Shown here piece after piece: positions 39,650 through 53,764 of a stretch of DNA of 64,000 bases (positions are counted from its first letter, which is position 1; each line of letters starts with the position of its first letter). The stretch comes from Octopus bimaculoides (Eukaryota), in assembly GCF_001194135.2 (NCBI RefSeq), contig NC_069005.1:842542-906541 (forward strand). Reading direction: 5' to 3'. The notes beneath the pieces were generated by a model. The model made no database searches and was not told the origin of the DNA. It saw only the letters and a list, made by a program, of their open reading frames with translations. Position numbers and translations under genes: made by a program.

Positions 39650-42600
39650 CACACATAGATTATTGATTTAAAAAAAATATTTTTGACACAAAGCAAACGG
39701 GAAGATGTAATAGAGAAATGAAAACAAAATCACTTTTAAGCAAGACTTAAATCAATATCGGACATGACTTAGTGAAGGTTAAATTCTCAAATTATCAGAC
39801 ATTGCTTTTCTTTAACTCAGATTAAAGAGCAAGTTGAGAAGATGATGATGAATAGTTATATATTTGTTAGAAAAAGGAGATGAAAGATGAGCCATGCACC
39901 TTTCTTGGTATTAATTAGCAAAGTGAAGTGGAATGGCCTCAAGATTCAAAATTGCCACACAAGAATTGTTTTATTTTATTTTGTGAAGGCACCAAGTAAA
40001 ATTTAGTAGTGAAGGGGTATAATAAATTCCTGATACCCATTCTCTTACAGAAGAAATATCCAATATATATTTTATGATTCAGAGATGAAAGATGACAGAT
40101 TTAGATCCATAAAAAAGAAGTTAGAAATTAGTAAGCTGTCTGACATGAATCGTATTTGGAGATGCCAACAATCTCTGCCAAAACTGAAGAGAGAAAAGTT
40201 ACTTTCAATGGTCACAATTTAGCTGAAACTATCATGTTTACTGTTTTAATTATTATAACAATTAGTATGCAAATCAAACTGAAAACATCCCACATGTACA
40301 AAATATCAAAAGTCGCAAAAAGACAGATGGGTTTCAATAATTTTCTCCATGTCAACAGCCTGATGTTATTAACTGCTGAAGTACTTGCAGCAAAAACTTT
40401 ATTATTCCAAGAAAATAGGTACAAAATATTTTTTACAATAGCATCCTTAGCAAAATAAGCCTCCAAATTCAAGAAAAGCATTCAAAGTGTTTGAGTACTC
40501 ATCTCTATACTGTGTGAAGAATAATAAAGTTGACAAAACAAACATTGAATCAATCTACCATGAATAAATAGGCTACTGTTAAAAGTACAAGAGATATTTA
40601 AAAGAAAGACAGAAAATGTAAATAAGAAAACAATAAAGCAGAAAAAAAAAAAGAAAACTCTAGAGGGCTTGTTTCAAATGCAGCTTCAGTTGAGTTTTTT
40701 ACACACAAGAAAACTGTACAAGTATTTTCATATATTTAAACATGTTTGAGTTGGAAAAGAAAAATAAAAAAAATTAAAAAAACAACTTGTTTTAATTTAG
40801 TGAACAGTTTCTAGTGATTGCAGACTGGCTGTCTGGCTGAATAAGCTGAATGTCAAATGGTTTACTTCATTCTTCTTTTGCTGAATACAAGTGGATCAGT
40901 CTGACAAGACCATTTGTCCTTGGCAGGTATACGTAAGAAACAACAATCACACAATCCAGCTAAGCCTGTTTCACAATAGAGATTATAGCTAATAATAATA
41001 ATAATAATCTAAAGATAACACAGACCAATGCTTCACACTACCAGCCAGAAAAACATGATGCATACATATTTATAATGCAAAAAACCTTGGGAAACAATTC
41101 TTTTGACATTTTGCTTCTAATTTGCATTTAATCTACAATACTTGTATACATGACATTTTAGAGCTTAATACAAAAACACTAATTAATTATTAATGTCTCT
41201 GTCACAAGGTATTGTTTAAATTTATATTACAGTTCTGAAACTGTACAGTAAGCTTTCGTTTTAAATCATTACTGAAAGCTGGGGTGTGCAATATTAATTG
41301 CCAAGACAGGTTCCTTTTAAGATGAGAGAGTGGTTGGAGTAAGTTAAGAAATTTCATTGCTATCTGTCTGGGAAGTCCTACATTGTTTTTAAAAATAAAA
41401 CATAGCTCACCCAATATAGTCACTAAATACAGCTGAGTGAGATCTTATTACTTGCTGTTGAATCAATTTTTAAAATGTTTAATTAGCTTAATAAGCACTT
41501 AAACGTTTTAGCATCAATAATGATACTAAAGTGGACACTAGTAAACAAATGCCAACAAAAATTTCATGTGGTCATTCAGTCTCCAAAAACAACTGCCTTA
41601 AAAAGAGTCACCTAATTGATGGTACTTTGTAACACCAGGGCAGCGGAGTTATTGAAGCCCAACTCAATGTACAGACTCCAACAAAATGTAAATTGTAATA
41701 TGTCAAAATTTTGCCATTTCAGGAACTAATTCAATAATTTTCTGCACAGAAAATAATCAAATAAGCTTCTTTGAAAGAGGAAGTTCTGGTAAAAGGTGTT
41801 CATTTTGGATCAGGCTTCCACTCCCCATTCTACAGATACATCTATACCAGTAATGGCTTCTTAAACTTTTCAATCTTTTGTTAATCACTTTAATTTTATA
41901 TTCAATGCATTTCATCTCGAAGGGTTGTTATCTGAGATGGTTTTTATTTTTTTATTTTTATAGTTTGTTCCTTTTGTAGCTTTGCATTAACCTTTTAATA
42001 AAACAGCCTCTTTTTATGATTAATTGTAATTTCTTTAACAAATATTTAAAAAAAAAACCAAAAAGGGCCACCCCAACACAATAGTGGCTTGATGGCTGAT
42101 TCACTCAGCAGTTATGTATGTTGGATGCTCTCAATCAATGCATGGTTAGTTTAAATTAGAGTTAGTGGGACCTTAAGTCGAGCAGTTAGCATAAAAAGTT
42201 TTGTGCATGGACTCCAAACACCTGTACATTAAGGATGTAAGCTATTAAAAAAAAAAAAAAAAAGAGAAAATACCAACAGAAGCCAAAATACATAAACATC
42301 ATTAAATCATCAATGCAACAGATTCAAACACATATTTAATTAGGTTTTCAAATATACATTTAACAAAGATAATGAGTAACTCCTCTAGATTCTTGTTGGG
42401 TACAAAAGTAAGATTCTTGTTCTATTGTCAATACAAGAAAGAATCTGATGGAATCACTATTGTATTCAATCAAACGATACCACTAGGTATTACTTGGTGG
42501 CTTTTTTCAGCTCATCTTCACCTCACCCCAGACATCAAACAACTTTTAATCCATTCCTTTTCCCATGTCACATCTTTAAAGCCATTTACTACATGACCTA

Positions 42601-42722
42601 ACCATTCCATTCATGAAATACTTTCTTATGTCGTTACAGTACTATTTCCAACAAAGTATATAATTGTCATGTTCCCTCTTTTCTACAATAGTACAACAAA
42701 ACCTGCACTGCTTACTCTAAGG

Positions 42723-42810
42723 CAGTGTTTCTCAACCTTTTTACCCTTGTGTAACCCTTAAAATAAATTACATGTCTCAAGGAACCCCTGCACCAAAAAA
42801 AATTATATAC
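42723..42810 (+). mobile_element. One terminus of a hAT/Charlie-type non-autonomous element
   Basis: CAGTGTTTCTCAACC terminus preceded by ctctaagg, similar to the nTCTAGAn target; the other end is lost in (TA)n. Confidence 0.55.
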
Positions 42811-42857
42811 CATATCTTTCTCATCATAGTTCATGTGGTAAATATCATATATATATA

Positions 42858-42990
<133 letters not shown>

Positions 42991-45900
42991 ATATGTGTGT
43001 GTGTGTATGTGTATATATATATATTTCTATTTACAATAATCTGGTGATCTCTTTCTCATCTAGGCCACCTGATTATAGTAAACAAGTGTCACTGCCATAT
43101 AAATGGTGTCATTCATTTCCAATCTTAAAAACAGTGTCCAGTAATGGTAAAATATTGCCTGGCTCACAAACCAGGGCTGGCAACAGGAAGGACATCTGGT
43201 AGTAGAAAATCAGGATAAAGTGGACATGAAAAAGATGCTGAAACATGACTTGCTTTTTATTTTTATTATTTCTTGAACATGATCAGCCATTGTAAGTTTG
43301 AATTTATACATTTTCCCCACATCTTTTTTCTTGTTCAAGTTAAGATATTGTCTTTAAACTCGTAAAGTGCATTCATCTGGAGTTTTCATCCACATTTTGT
43401 GTGTCACTGCAAACATCTTGCAATATAAAAGACAAATCTGATATGTGTGACAAAAATTATGAGCCCCTATACCAATTCCCGAGGTACTTCACTGCTTATG
43501 CTTTGCTGATTCAATCTTGATCCCTTTACAAACACAGTTTCCTCATGAGGTAGGAAAGCTTCAATTCATGACAAAACATTTCCTTCAAAACCAATTACAG
43601 AGGAATTGGTATAGTTTATAGAACATCAACAAAAGGTTTCACTAAAATTTAAATAGACTCATCATACTTTCTACTTTTCCTCATACATCACTAAGAAAAA
43701 AAAAAGAAAAAAACTCTCGATTGTAGATATTTGAAACTATTGTAAGAAATATAGTGAGTTTCATTATTGAGAATAACTTCCTGAGGTCAATTGTCAAGAT
43801 GGATTTGTACCTTGTTGCTCATGTTTGACAAATTTATTAAAAGCTTTCTGACAGAACTAATATCTAAGTTGATGAGGGGCGGGAAACTGGATGCTTAAAA
43901 TTTCATAATAAAGAATAACAGACCATCATTGTGGAATCACATATTCTAGTTTTATAAAATGGGTAGAAGAGAGCTGATGGTTTTCAAATAAAACCAGAAT
44001 GACGAAACTAAGGTACATTGGCTTGACTGATGGTGACTTGCTATGTCCAAGCTTCGAAATAATTTTCTGAGACTAAAATAAATCTTAATAAAATCATTTC
44101 CTTCCATTTAACAAGTGATTAGCCAAATTGTTTAACAGACAATAAGCAGTAGAAGCTGAATGTAGGTCAAATCAATTTGGGAAAGTTTGGCTATCAACCA
44201 GTCAATAATAAACGACCTTCACAGTGGTGGTTAGTCTGGCCTCAAGGAAGGAATCAACACAAATCAATAATAAAGATGGGGAAGAGAGAGTGACTTCGAT
44301 TTAGATTTTTAAAAGTTGGCTGAATCGAAGTCATCTCCGTTGTGTTATGTCTGCCCGGATATGAAATTTTAATTAAGATCAGGACAGACATGCATAACGT
44401 GGAACACAAAAAAAAAAAGATTTCTAATCAACGGACTTTTGCTACTACCGTGTGAGTCTGTGTTCTACGTTCTGCTTCCACCATCCGTGGGTTTTTTGGT
44501 TTTTCTAGAGAATTGTGTATACACAAATGATACATCTTCCAGAGAAATTCAATTTAAAATCTCTCAACTCGAATAACCACTAGAGGATGCCACAACAGGC
44601 ACAAAGCGGGCAAATGAAAAAAAAAATCCAAAAAACTGCAAAACCATTTTAAATGATACAAGTAAATTTTGGCAGCCAAAAGGAATGCCACAGCTATTTT
44701 GGGAAAGAGGGCAAAAAAAGAAAATGAAAAGAAAAGACTGAGAATCGTGGATTTACTGTCAATTTTCCTCTTCCATCACAACTTTATTTTTATATATAAT
44801 TAGTAATACCTGGAAGAATACAAGTAGCGAAAATAAAACAAATGCTTGCACTGAATCTTGTTTTCTAATTATTAGCACCTGCCAGCACAAAATCTAAACG
44901 TAATATGCATCTAAAGATATGTGCATATTATGGTTTCCTGTCAGCGAATTAGTGAGTAAAGAAATGAGAACAATGAACAATCAAAACCAAAAGAAATGTC
45001 GAGGTTCAACAATAGCAGCAGTTCTGTGTAAAAATAGCAGATTATTGAGCCATCAAGGTTGTGTAAGGTAGGTAACACCTACCTAGATCAGTAACAAGTA
45101 CTCCAGTTCTACCATAATGCATATATATATAAATACAAATATAGTAGACATGGTGGCGGCGGTGGTGGTGGTGAAAATTCGTGACGGCTCCGGTCAAGGA
45201 TTTACTAAATCTCCCATCACACAGTCTTCGAAATATTTAAAAAAATAAAAACACAAAAAAGCCCTTTAAAACTTGGTTTAATTATTTTCCTACCAATATT
45301 ACCAATAAAGAACATTTCGTTGTCATTTGAATGTGAAGTTTGTTTCTTTTTTTCTCTGTCAAAATCTCTTCAACAATATGATGAGTAAGGAATGTCATTA
45401 TTACTCATCGAGATGCCATTTAAAGGAGGGGGGATGAGGAGGAGATCGTTCCATTTTCCTTCACAACACACATCAGTCATTCTCCACGAGACGAAACAGA
45501 AAGAGGGAAGGTAAAAAATAATACAAATATTTAAAAAGAAAAGACAGTGGCACAACGATTTCAGAAATTCAATATTATTTGTGTATGTTGTGTGTTGTTT
45601 AAAAAACTGAATTTATTTCAATTTATACAGATCAGAATTAAAGGAGGAAGAATTTAAAGTGAACTAAATAAATGTTGAAATGCAACGAAGTACTAGATGA
45701 TTAGATGGTGCTTGGCGCGCTTCACTAAACTAAGTCAAGCTGTGTGTGTGTGTCTGGAGGAGGAAACTTAAAAGTCCTTGAAGCTTCTTCTCTCATTGCT
45801 GATTGAAACGTTTGTGGACGGGGTTTCATGATCGCTATACACAAGCATTATACACATACTTTCAAATGTGCGCAAAGGCTAGAGACAGACACATTACACC

Positions 45901-46190
45901 AATGTGTAACATTATACATTTCAATGTATAGACCTCATATAACATTTTAAATGAGCAATGTGTATAAAAACTAAACACATACACCAAGCAGTAAAACATA
46001 TATATATATGAAATCTACACGAAGGCAACAGACATATACATACGAATGAATGCAAAATACACTGTACACCGAACAGTATACACACAAACTTCATTTAAAT
46101 ATGCTATGTGCACAAAACCTAAATATACATATGTACACTGGTGACTTGACTGTAGGTAGAATACATTATACATACATTGAAACATAAATC

Positions 46191-46234
<44 letters not shown>

Positions 46235-47331
46235 ATGTGTATATATGTATGAAACAGCTTTCAATGTGCAATGAATAGCGCAAATATGTTGAGAAGATGA
46301 GAACTGAAGTAATAGATTGCGATCTATTCTTCTACCTGGCCCCAAAGATTAAACATCGAACTTTGTAAACAGCTTAAGGGTATTTAAATATGAAGAAAAT
46401 AATTCATTTTGAAGCCACAAGAGTTCGATGGCGGCGACGGAGGAGGGAAGAGAGAGAGAAAGAGAGAAGGGGTGTATTGAGGTTAAGATAAAATAGATGC
46501 ATTTGAAAAAAACTGATTTCGACAAAGAAACGGAAGCAAATGGAGAGGGTAATGGTTTAGATTGTTAAAAATGCGCTTCGAAAATGTGTGTAAGTTAAGG
46601 AAAGATGAGCGTCAGTTTGTGTTGGATTATGGCGAGAATGGTGTGGAAGGAAGGAGAAGCTGGAATCTGCGACGGGGATGAGAGTGTCGAAGGATTCTGT
46701 GATGTCTGAGGTATTTTTATATTCACGTTTAGTACGACAATAACGAAACGGTAGGCGCCACAAATGGAAATTGGAAACGTTTTATGATCAGAACTGTTAA
46801 TTGAAGAGACATAAATGAATAAAGTTGGAAATGTTGTTAAGTATTTGGCGGAGAGAAATGAACAAAAGAGCGAGGTTGTGTACGACGAATTCCAACGAAG
46901 ATTGCGGATCGAATTGGAACTGATAAAATGGTTCAAGTGGCAATAGATAGATATATTTTAGACCTAATACCTTTTTGAAGGACATATATATATCGTTTGA
47001 AAGAAATGAGAGGCGCAAAGGAGGAGCAGGTTGGTTTTTTAAGTTTGAGTGTCGCAACGATGGATGCAAATATAGATTCGAGTCCGATATGGAAACCGAA
47101 GAATAAAACAAAACGAAATCCAGAAAAATGGCTAAATGCTCAGAGATTTGGCGTTACAGATTTAATAAATAAACACATTGTTCACATAAATAACTCGTGC
47201 AGCACACTAATATAAACGATTTTCCACTGTCCCAAACGATCTGCTCGGTTTTTGTTCTTTTTACTTTTTCATCAAGGAGGGGGGAAACAATAGTTGCTCG
47301 AAATAGAAAATATACAAGCGGTGGACTTTAC

Positions 47332-47383
47332 CTTCTAGTAATCTTGCTATAATACTGTCAATGTTCAGTTTATCATCGGCCAT
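47332..47383 (-). CDS. PPP1C: PP1 catalytic subunit, coding exon 1 (52 nt, MADDKLNIDSIIARLLE+G, phase 1)
   Basis: GGA-ATG-G start context; typical PP1 N-terminus; donor G|GTAAAG at 47331. Confidence 0.95.
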
Positions 47384-47439
47384 TCCACTAAGGATCTTTC
47401 TTTCGAAAAAAGGTAATAAATTGTTAGCCAAAGGTTGCT

Positions 47440-47620
47440 CCACTCAGATGATCGACGATTATTAAGTCAACTAGTTGCTAACAGACATATACAACCTTAT
47501 AACAAAATGGCGTAAGAGTACCGGTTGCAGCACGCGTATGAATACACGATATTATTGGCTAACATTGACCTGGCGGTGATTGGTTAATCGGTTGCTCCAC
47601 ACTGCTTCATGGCGTCGGGA
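47440..47620. promoter_or_regulatory. PP1 promoter region, probably bidirectional; YY1-like and CCAAT motifs
   Basis: CAAAATGGCG at 47503-47512, ATTGG at 47554-47558 and 47579-47583, ATGGCG at 47609-47614, locally CpG-rich, 60-240 bp upstream of the PP1 ATG. Confidence 0.6.
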
Positions 47621-48213
47621 ACTTTTCAAATGTTTATACGCCAATAACTATTAGCTTCCCTTAGTTTTAATTCATTTATAGAAGAGAAAAAAAATTCATC
47701 TGAATTGTCTTCACAAACAAAACTAATTAGATTTTGTTTTTATTTCAACACATACAACAGACGTTACAAGTTGATTAAAGTCCCGACACAGGGTAACCTA
47801 GCTTCTAAATCACTAACATACATTAAGTTAGTGTGAACTACTTTTTAAATATTTAAAATAACACGAACAATTACGAAGAGCAGAGGCGGAAAACGAATTA
47901 TATATGGAATTAATTTTTTGTAATATTTATTCTTTTAATTGATTGAAAAAATATTTAAATTGATTTTATATTTTAACAAAATAATAAATGAAAGAAAAAC
48001 TAAAATATTTATATTTTCGAAAAAGCTACCACTGCACCAGCAGCAGACAATACTTGTCGTCTGTTGTCATTAATTTAGTTGACAGGTTAACAACAACTAA
48101 TGGTTGCTATATCAAATTATATAAATATATATATAGCAACATGTAGATCTTAGCAGATCTATTTAAATGATCGACAGATATTTCATAAAACAAAATACTC
48201 ACTTTAATTATCA

Positions 48214-48232
48214 ATGGGTTTAAAAAGAAAAG
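48214..48232 (+). CDS. Candidate micro first coding exon (MGLKRK+G, phase 1) of the + strand gene
   Basis: ATG GGT TTA AAA AGA AAA G|GTGAGC: strong donor, in-frame upstream TAA at 48205-48207, phase compatible with exon 53765. Inference only. Confidence 0.35.
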
Positions 48233-48324
48233 GTGAGCCTCTTCCAGTATATTATCTTCTAATTTAAACTTTGATTCATTTAGAAACTTTCAATTAAGGT
48301 TCATGGTAAACAGTGTAGTTAAGT

Positions 48325-48467
48325 TATGTATATATACATATATGCGATCTGTGTGTATGTATGTATACACACACACACACACATACGTATAAATGCACAC
48401 GTATATGTATACACACACATATATAGGCAAATTTATATATGTACATTCATGTATGCATACATATATA

Positions 48468-48509
<42 letters not shown>

Positions 48510-48708
48510 CACAAATACACGCACATATATATATATATGTACGTACACACGCACACATATATATATATATACACACAAATACACGCACATATATATATAT
48601 ATATATATATATGTACATACACACGCACACATATATATACCTGCATATAGATGTATACCTATGTATATAAACATATCTATAAATATAAGCAAATATTACC
48701 CCACCCCA

Positions 48709-48773
<65 letters not shown>

Positions 48774-49205
48774 ATNNNNNNNNNNATATATATATATATA
48801 TGTGTGTGTGTGTATGTGTATATATATATGTGTGTGTGTGTGTGTGTAAGGAGAAAAACATGGACCTCTGGCCTGTCAGGTCTTGCTTTAATTTTCCAAA
48901 CTTTGCCAGCATTGAAAGGCGGCATTAAATGATGATCTTAATTGTATATGTGTGTATGTATGCACGCATATATGTATATATATGTGTGTGTGTTTGTGTC
49001 TGTATATGTATATACATGTATTACATGTATATGTAGATAAATATAAATGTGAGTGTGTGTGTGTGTATGTATATATATATATATATATATTGCTACAGAG
49101 GCCATGTGCCAACAGATTTTGAGGTCTGATGATGCGCTGTAAAGTTAACTGCTTTATGGACTAGAAACCCAGTGTAATCTCATAGACCACTCTTATCTAT
49201 TTTTA

Positions 49206-49289
<84 letters not shown>

Positions 49290-49290
49290 A
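48325..49290. repeat. Large compound (CA)/(TA)/(TG) microsatellite field
   Basis: Dinucleotide mosaics producing spurious YI/HT/CV ORFs; similar arrays at 2462-2506, 9826-9897, 39567-39645, 42848-43023, 56650-56795 and 59690-59810. Confidence 0.95.
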
Positions 49291-49319
49291 TGTAAATAGC
49301 AGTTGTGAAATCATAGTTG

Positions 49320-49700
49320 TGGCCATTGCTGGTGTCATGTAAATGACACCTATGCCGCTGGCACATAAAAAAGCACCCATTACGCTTTTGAAGTGGTTGG
49401 CGTTAGGAAGGGCATGTCAAATCAGAGTGGAACCTTGTGCAGCCCTCCAGCTTACCAGTTGCAGTCAAACCCACCTAACCCATGCCAGCATGGAAAGTGG
49501 ACGCTAAATGATGATGAGGAGGATATAGTGTCGCACGAAATGCACCCAGTACACTCTCTGAAGTGGTTGGCATCAAGAAGAATATCCAACCAAAGAAACC
49601 AGAACAGACAATAGAGTCTGGCACAGCCCTATCAGCTTCTGTCAAACACTCCAACCTATGCCAGAATGAAAAATGGATGTTAAATGATGATGATGATAAT
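49320..49700 (+). mobile_element. Two tandem SINE body fragments with (GAT)n tails
   Basis: aaaagcaccc..gtggttggcgttaggaagggc..catgccagcatggaaa..gacgctaaatgatgatga, then a second partial copy. Confidence 0.75.
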
Positions 49701-51329
49701 TGTTTAACTTTCTCTGGAAGAGGAGATATTACATGCCATGAGCCACTCGAAGATATTTCTCTTCTCTCATTTTCATTGAAATTACACACATTCTCACATC
49801 TAGGATCAACTGTTCTTACTGAGCCATAGGCTCATAAGGCTGATTTCTCAGATTCTGTAACACACACACGCACGCGCACGCACACACACACACACACACA
49901 CGTATNNNNNNNNNNGCACGCACACACACACACACACACACGTATATATTTCCTCCCTGGATGAGACGATGATCTGACTTAGAAACATGCATATATACAT
50001 ACATACATACATACATACATACAAACAAAAACACCCTGTTGTTGATGTTGAAATTCCAATGAAGGAGCCTTTGATCTGGGTTAGAAACCGGCTCTTTCTC
50101 TATTGGCAAGAAATCTTGAAATAAAATTGAATAATGAGATACATACATATACGCATTGACAATAGTGTGTGTGTGTGTGTGTGTGTAAATATAAATTAGT
50201 CATAAGGATTCCTTAAGAATCAAAGTACATCAACATGTAAGATGCCAGAAAGTGGCTTGGTGCAAACATATAGAGCTCACAGGGCACCAAATCCAATACG
50301 TAACCATCAATCTGACTCACCAGGGAATCCTTGGTCTAGCATGAGTATAAGATAGTAAACATGAATGGCATTTAAAATCTACAGCTATTTAGGTAGAATT
50401 TAGTTAATGTAGTCATAGAAGATTACATCATAATATACAATCCACCATCATCAGATAAAATTTGAAACAGATAATCTTTTACAACTACCGTAAATAAAAT
50501 TCTACCAAAACAGCTGTCATAAATTTTATATATGTTTATAAAATAGTGGCATGCATGGCAATGCGATTAAGCAGTTCACTTCCCAACCACATGAGTGAAT
50601 GAATTTGGTGGATAAAAACTATCTTTCAATATGTGGGAATGTGTGTGTGTCTGTGTATGTGATACCATGTCTGGCAAAGGAAAAACAGATAATGGTTGGC
50701 AACAGAAGGGCGTTCAGCCATAGAAAATTTACATCGATGGATTCTGTCTAATCCATGCAAGCATGGAAAAATGGACATTCGAATCGTGTTGATGATATAC
50801 AAAGCTTACTTTCCCATTGATTTACTTGTTATAAATTCAGATTTGTTCTAACCGAATTTCTGAGAGTAAAAAAAAATACAACCACTTGTATTTCTGAAAA
50901 GAATACTTTTTAAGTACATGTGCACGCACACACACACAAAACTTTAAAGAGCCTTGCAATTGAGAATCAATACACTTACAGTAATATTATCGCAAGGTCA
51001 CCACAAAGGATGTTTACTGCTATGTGGCGGAAGGTGATAGAATGAGAGCTACTACAGCTTCAGCATTCATGAATTTATCCAGAATTGTTCAACTCTTAGG
51101 CACCATGTTCCTATATATAATTCATTGTGGAAAGTGAGCTGAATATGATCTCCTCTTGCTATTTTCAAGTTACATCCATGATTAGAAACATTATCTCTAA
51201 GTGCCAACTCTTTAACCTTATTCTTTGCAGCCAACTGAAATGGGAGTGGCTGGGTTGGAGCATCTGTATCCTCTTCTTGTCACTTGTAACACACATGAAT
51301 ATTTTCACTAAAGTTGACTTCTTTATTGG

Positions 51330-52150
51330 TTAATTGGTCATTCTACACTCCTCTATGTCTCTTGTTTCAACACAGCATCAGCAGCTAATTAGACGAAGCT
51401 TCTCAATGTGATTCTAGCAACCCAACCAGTTGATTCTCTTCCTTTGAACTAGCTGTAAATATGCACTGGAATTCTTTTGGACTCTGAACATGATCAGGAA
51501 TCTCCTGCAGAACTTCTATAAACAAGTTCAGAATGATGTTCACAATACATTTGTATATCATGGAGTGGTGGGCTCTAGAGATTGAGATCCCCAAGGAGTA
51601 TCCTGTCTCACTACTCTCTTTGTGAGAGGAATGAATGTCTTGACTCAGTATGTTGTAGAGTGTACTGAAATCATTGTCATTTATGAAGAGAGTTGTGGCA
51701 CCATCAGTGAAAGCTCCCATGCATAATTTGACAATCATGTCAAGCCAGAAGGAACAGATTGAAGGAGACTTGCAAAAGCTCAAGGAATGGATTTTATGAA
51801 TTCAGTTAAACTCTCTGGCAAGGGAGAACAAAAATGTGTCCTCCAGGAAAAGGTGATGATGGGAAAGCAATTTCAGATAAATGGAGACGATATCCAAAGG
51901 GATTTTGGATCAGTGAGTGAAGAATCTGAGACATTAGGATAAGAGTTGATATAAGGATTCAGGATCAAGTGAGTGAGTAGCTTAAATAGATTGATAGGGT
52001 ATTGATTCACGGAAAAAGGAAAAGTGTTATGCTGTCAATCTGGATTACCACCAAGAACAGGCACTTGTAATTAAGAGTTGAATGCATACAGCTAATGATG
52101 GTGCACCAAGCCATAAGAAGAAGCTAGATGTGTCTAGAATATTGTCTGAT
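51330..52150 (-). mobile_element. Decayed LINE RT fragment (CR1/L2/Jockey-like)
   Basis: ORF 51403-51783: SPSICSFW..DGA..TTLFIND..STLY..LGISIS..DHVQS follows the RT domain 4-thumb order with deletions. Confidence 0.6.
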
Positions 52151-53764
52151 GTAGTTTTGCTTGATTGTTTAAGGAAACTGTAACAGTCATTTACAGCAAT
52201 GTTTCTGCAGATATTAATGTTCTCAATTCAGAAATATGGAAGAAAAGTCAACCTCATTATAATTTGGACAAATAAAGGCAACATCATCACCACCTAATAC
52301 CAACTTCTTTACAGTGTGTACTGGGTACCGTTTTTATAGCACCAGTGCAAGTGAGGCCACCATGTAGCTTGCAAAAGTAAAGTCCCCTTGAACTGAGAGG
52401 GACTATGGTAGAGAGCGTGGTAGCTTTATGATAAGAAATGAGGGGTTAAAGTATGAAAGAAGGGGCTAGAACAGAACAGGTTTCATGGTGCAGAGGACAT
52501 ACATGGTTACTTATGTTACAGAAGAGTGACATGAAAAACTAAATCACAGATCATATTTGCGAAATATCATTATATTTTTAGTTCTTTACCATTCATCAAA
52601 GTTGACCTCATGACATTTTCTAGTATATTAACTTAACTAATCAACCACTCTCTTCATTTATATAAATATCAATATGAAAACAGTATTTGTTTCCATGTTA
52701 AATAAATATCACAAGTTCTGTGGAGTGTTTTTCAAACAAGTTTTCATCTTTTGACTTTGGGATGAATGAAAGTTAGCATAGTAATTAAACGAAACAAAAC
52801 AAACCAGTAACAGACAGAAAAGAAGGAATGGTTTGGGAAGTTTTCACAACAATTAAAATTAACTTTATGGTTCAACTCTTTCAAACAAATATGTAGATGT
52901 GAATAGGAACAAAACCCTATTCAAGCCAGATAACAAACCATTAACAATGATAACCTGCTTTCAGAATATATTTCCATTTGAAGTAGAGGTGAGAGAGAAT
53001 TCAATGAAAATGAATGTAAACAAGTTGTCATGTAGAGCAAGTGAACATCTCTCTCTTTTTCTCTTTCTCTTTCATTAGCTTCTTTTTAAAAGAATAAATA
53101 TGTGCCATTATCTTTATTCTTTTGTGTGTGTGTGTGTATGTTGAATAATCACTTTTTTTCCCCCAAAATTATTAAATCAGAAGACCATGAGTGATGTTTC
53201 TGCAGATGGAAAATCTTTTTTGTTTTTTCTTCTTCTTTCTCTCTTTTTGAAATGGTGGGGAGGCAATTTCCCATTGGTTTCTCCAGACAAAATTAGAAAT
53301 TCTTCATTTTCTTTTCTGGCAGCTAAGTATTTCTTTTGGCTCTTTATGCTCTGAGTTCAAAACTAGCTGTGGTAAACTTTACCTTTTATCCTCTCGGGGT
53401 TGACACAATAAAGTAACTGTTAAGTACTGGGAGTAATGTAATCAATGAAACTTGCTTGCTTCAAAATTATTGGCCTTGTTCCTTAATTAGAAACCATTAA
53501 TTTTGCAGCTTCTGTGGCTGACAACAAAAATATATACCAATACAACTGTAGTCTGAGCTTGCAAAAGTTAAGGGATTCAGTCGTAGACATTAGGCCGGGA
53601 TCTATAAGGAAACATGTATCATTGGTTCTTTGGCCAGGAGTCTGCTACTCTTTTGATTCAAGCATTTACAGTTCTTTAATCCATTTTATTCCAGCTTTTT
53701 TATTACGAAATCTCAAAACTGTTATAAACAAGCTATCATTTACTTTTTGTATTTCCCATTTTAG

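Noticed and set aside
47384-47443. In-frame GTG-initiated 20-aa N-terminal extension of PP1 shown in the ORF track
   Set aside because: The downstream ATG has a strong context and matches the conserved PP1 N-terminus; no evidence for use of the GTG.
48290-49112. Many overlapping [12 protein letters not shown] ORFs (also 42712-43047, 56445-56826 in part, 59621-59956)
   Set aside because: Translations of dinucleotide and tetranucleotide microsatellites.
50050-50098. Hammerhead-like layout ..CCAATGAAG..GGTTAGAAACCGG.. in a dispersed repeat
   Set aside because: The core reads CCAATGA rather than CUGAnGA, stem II lacks the G10.1-C11.1 pair and stem I is weak; at best a remote relic.
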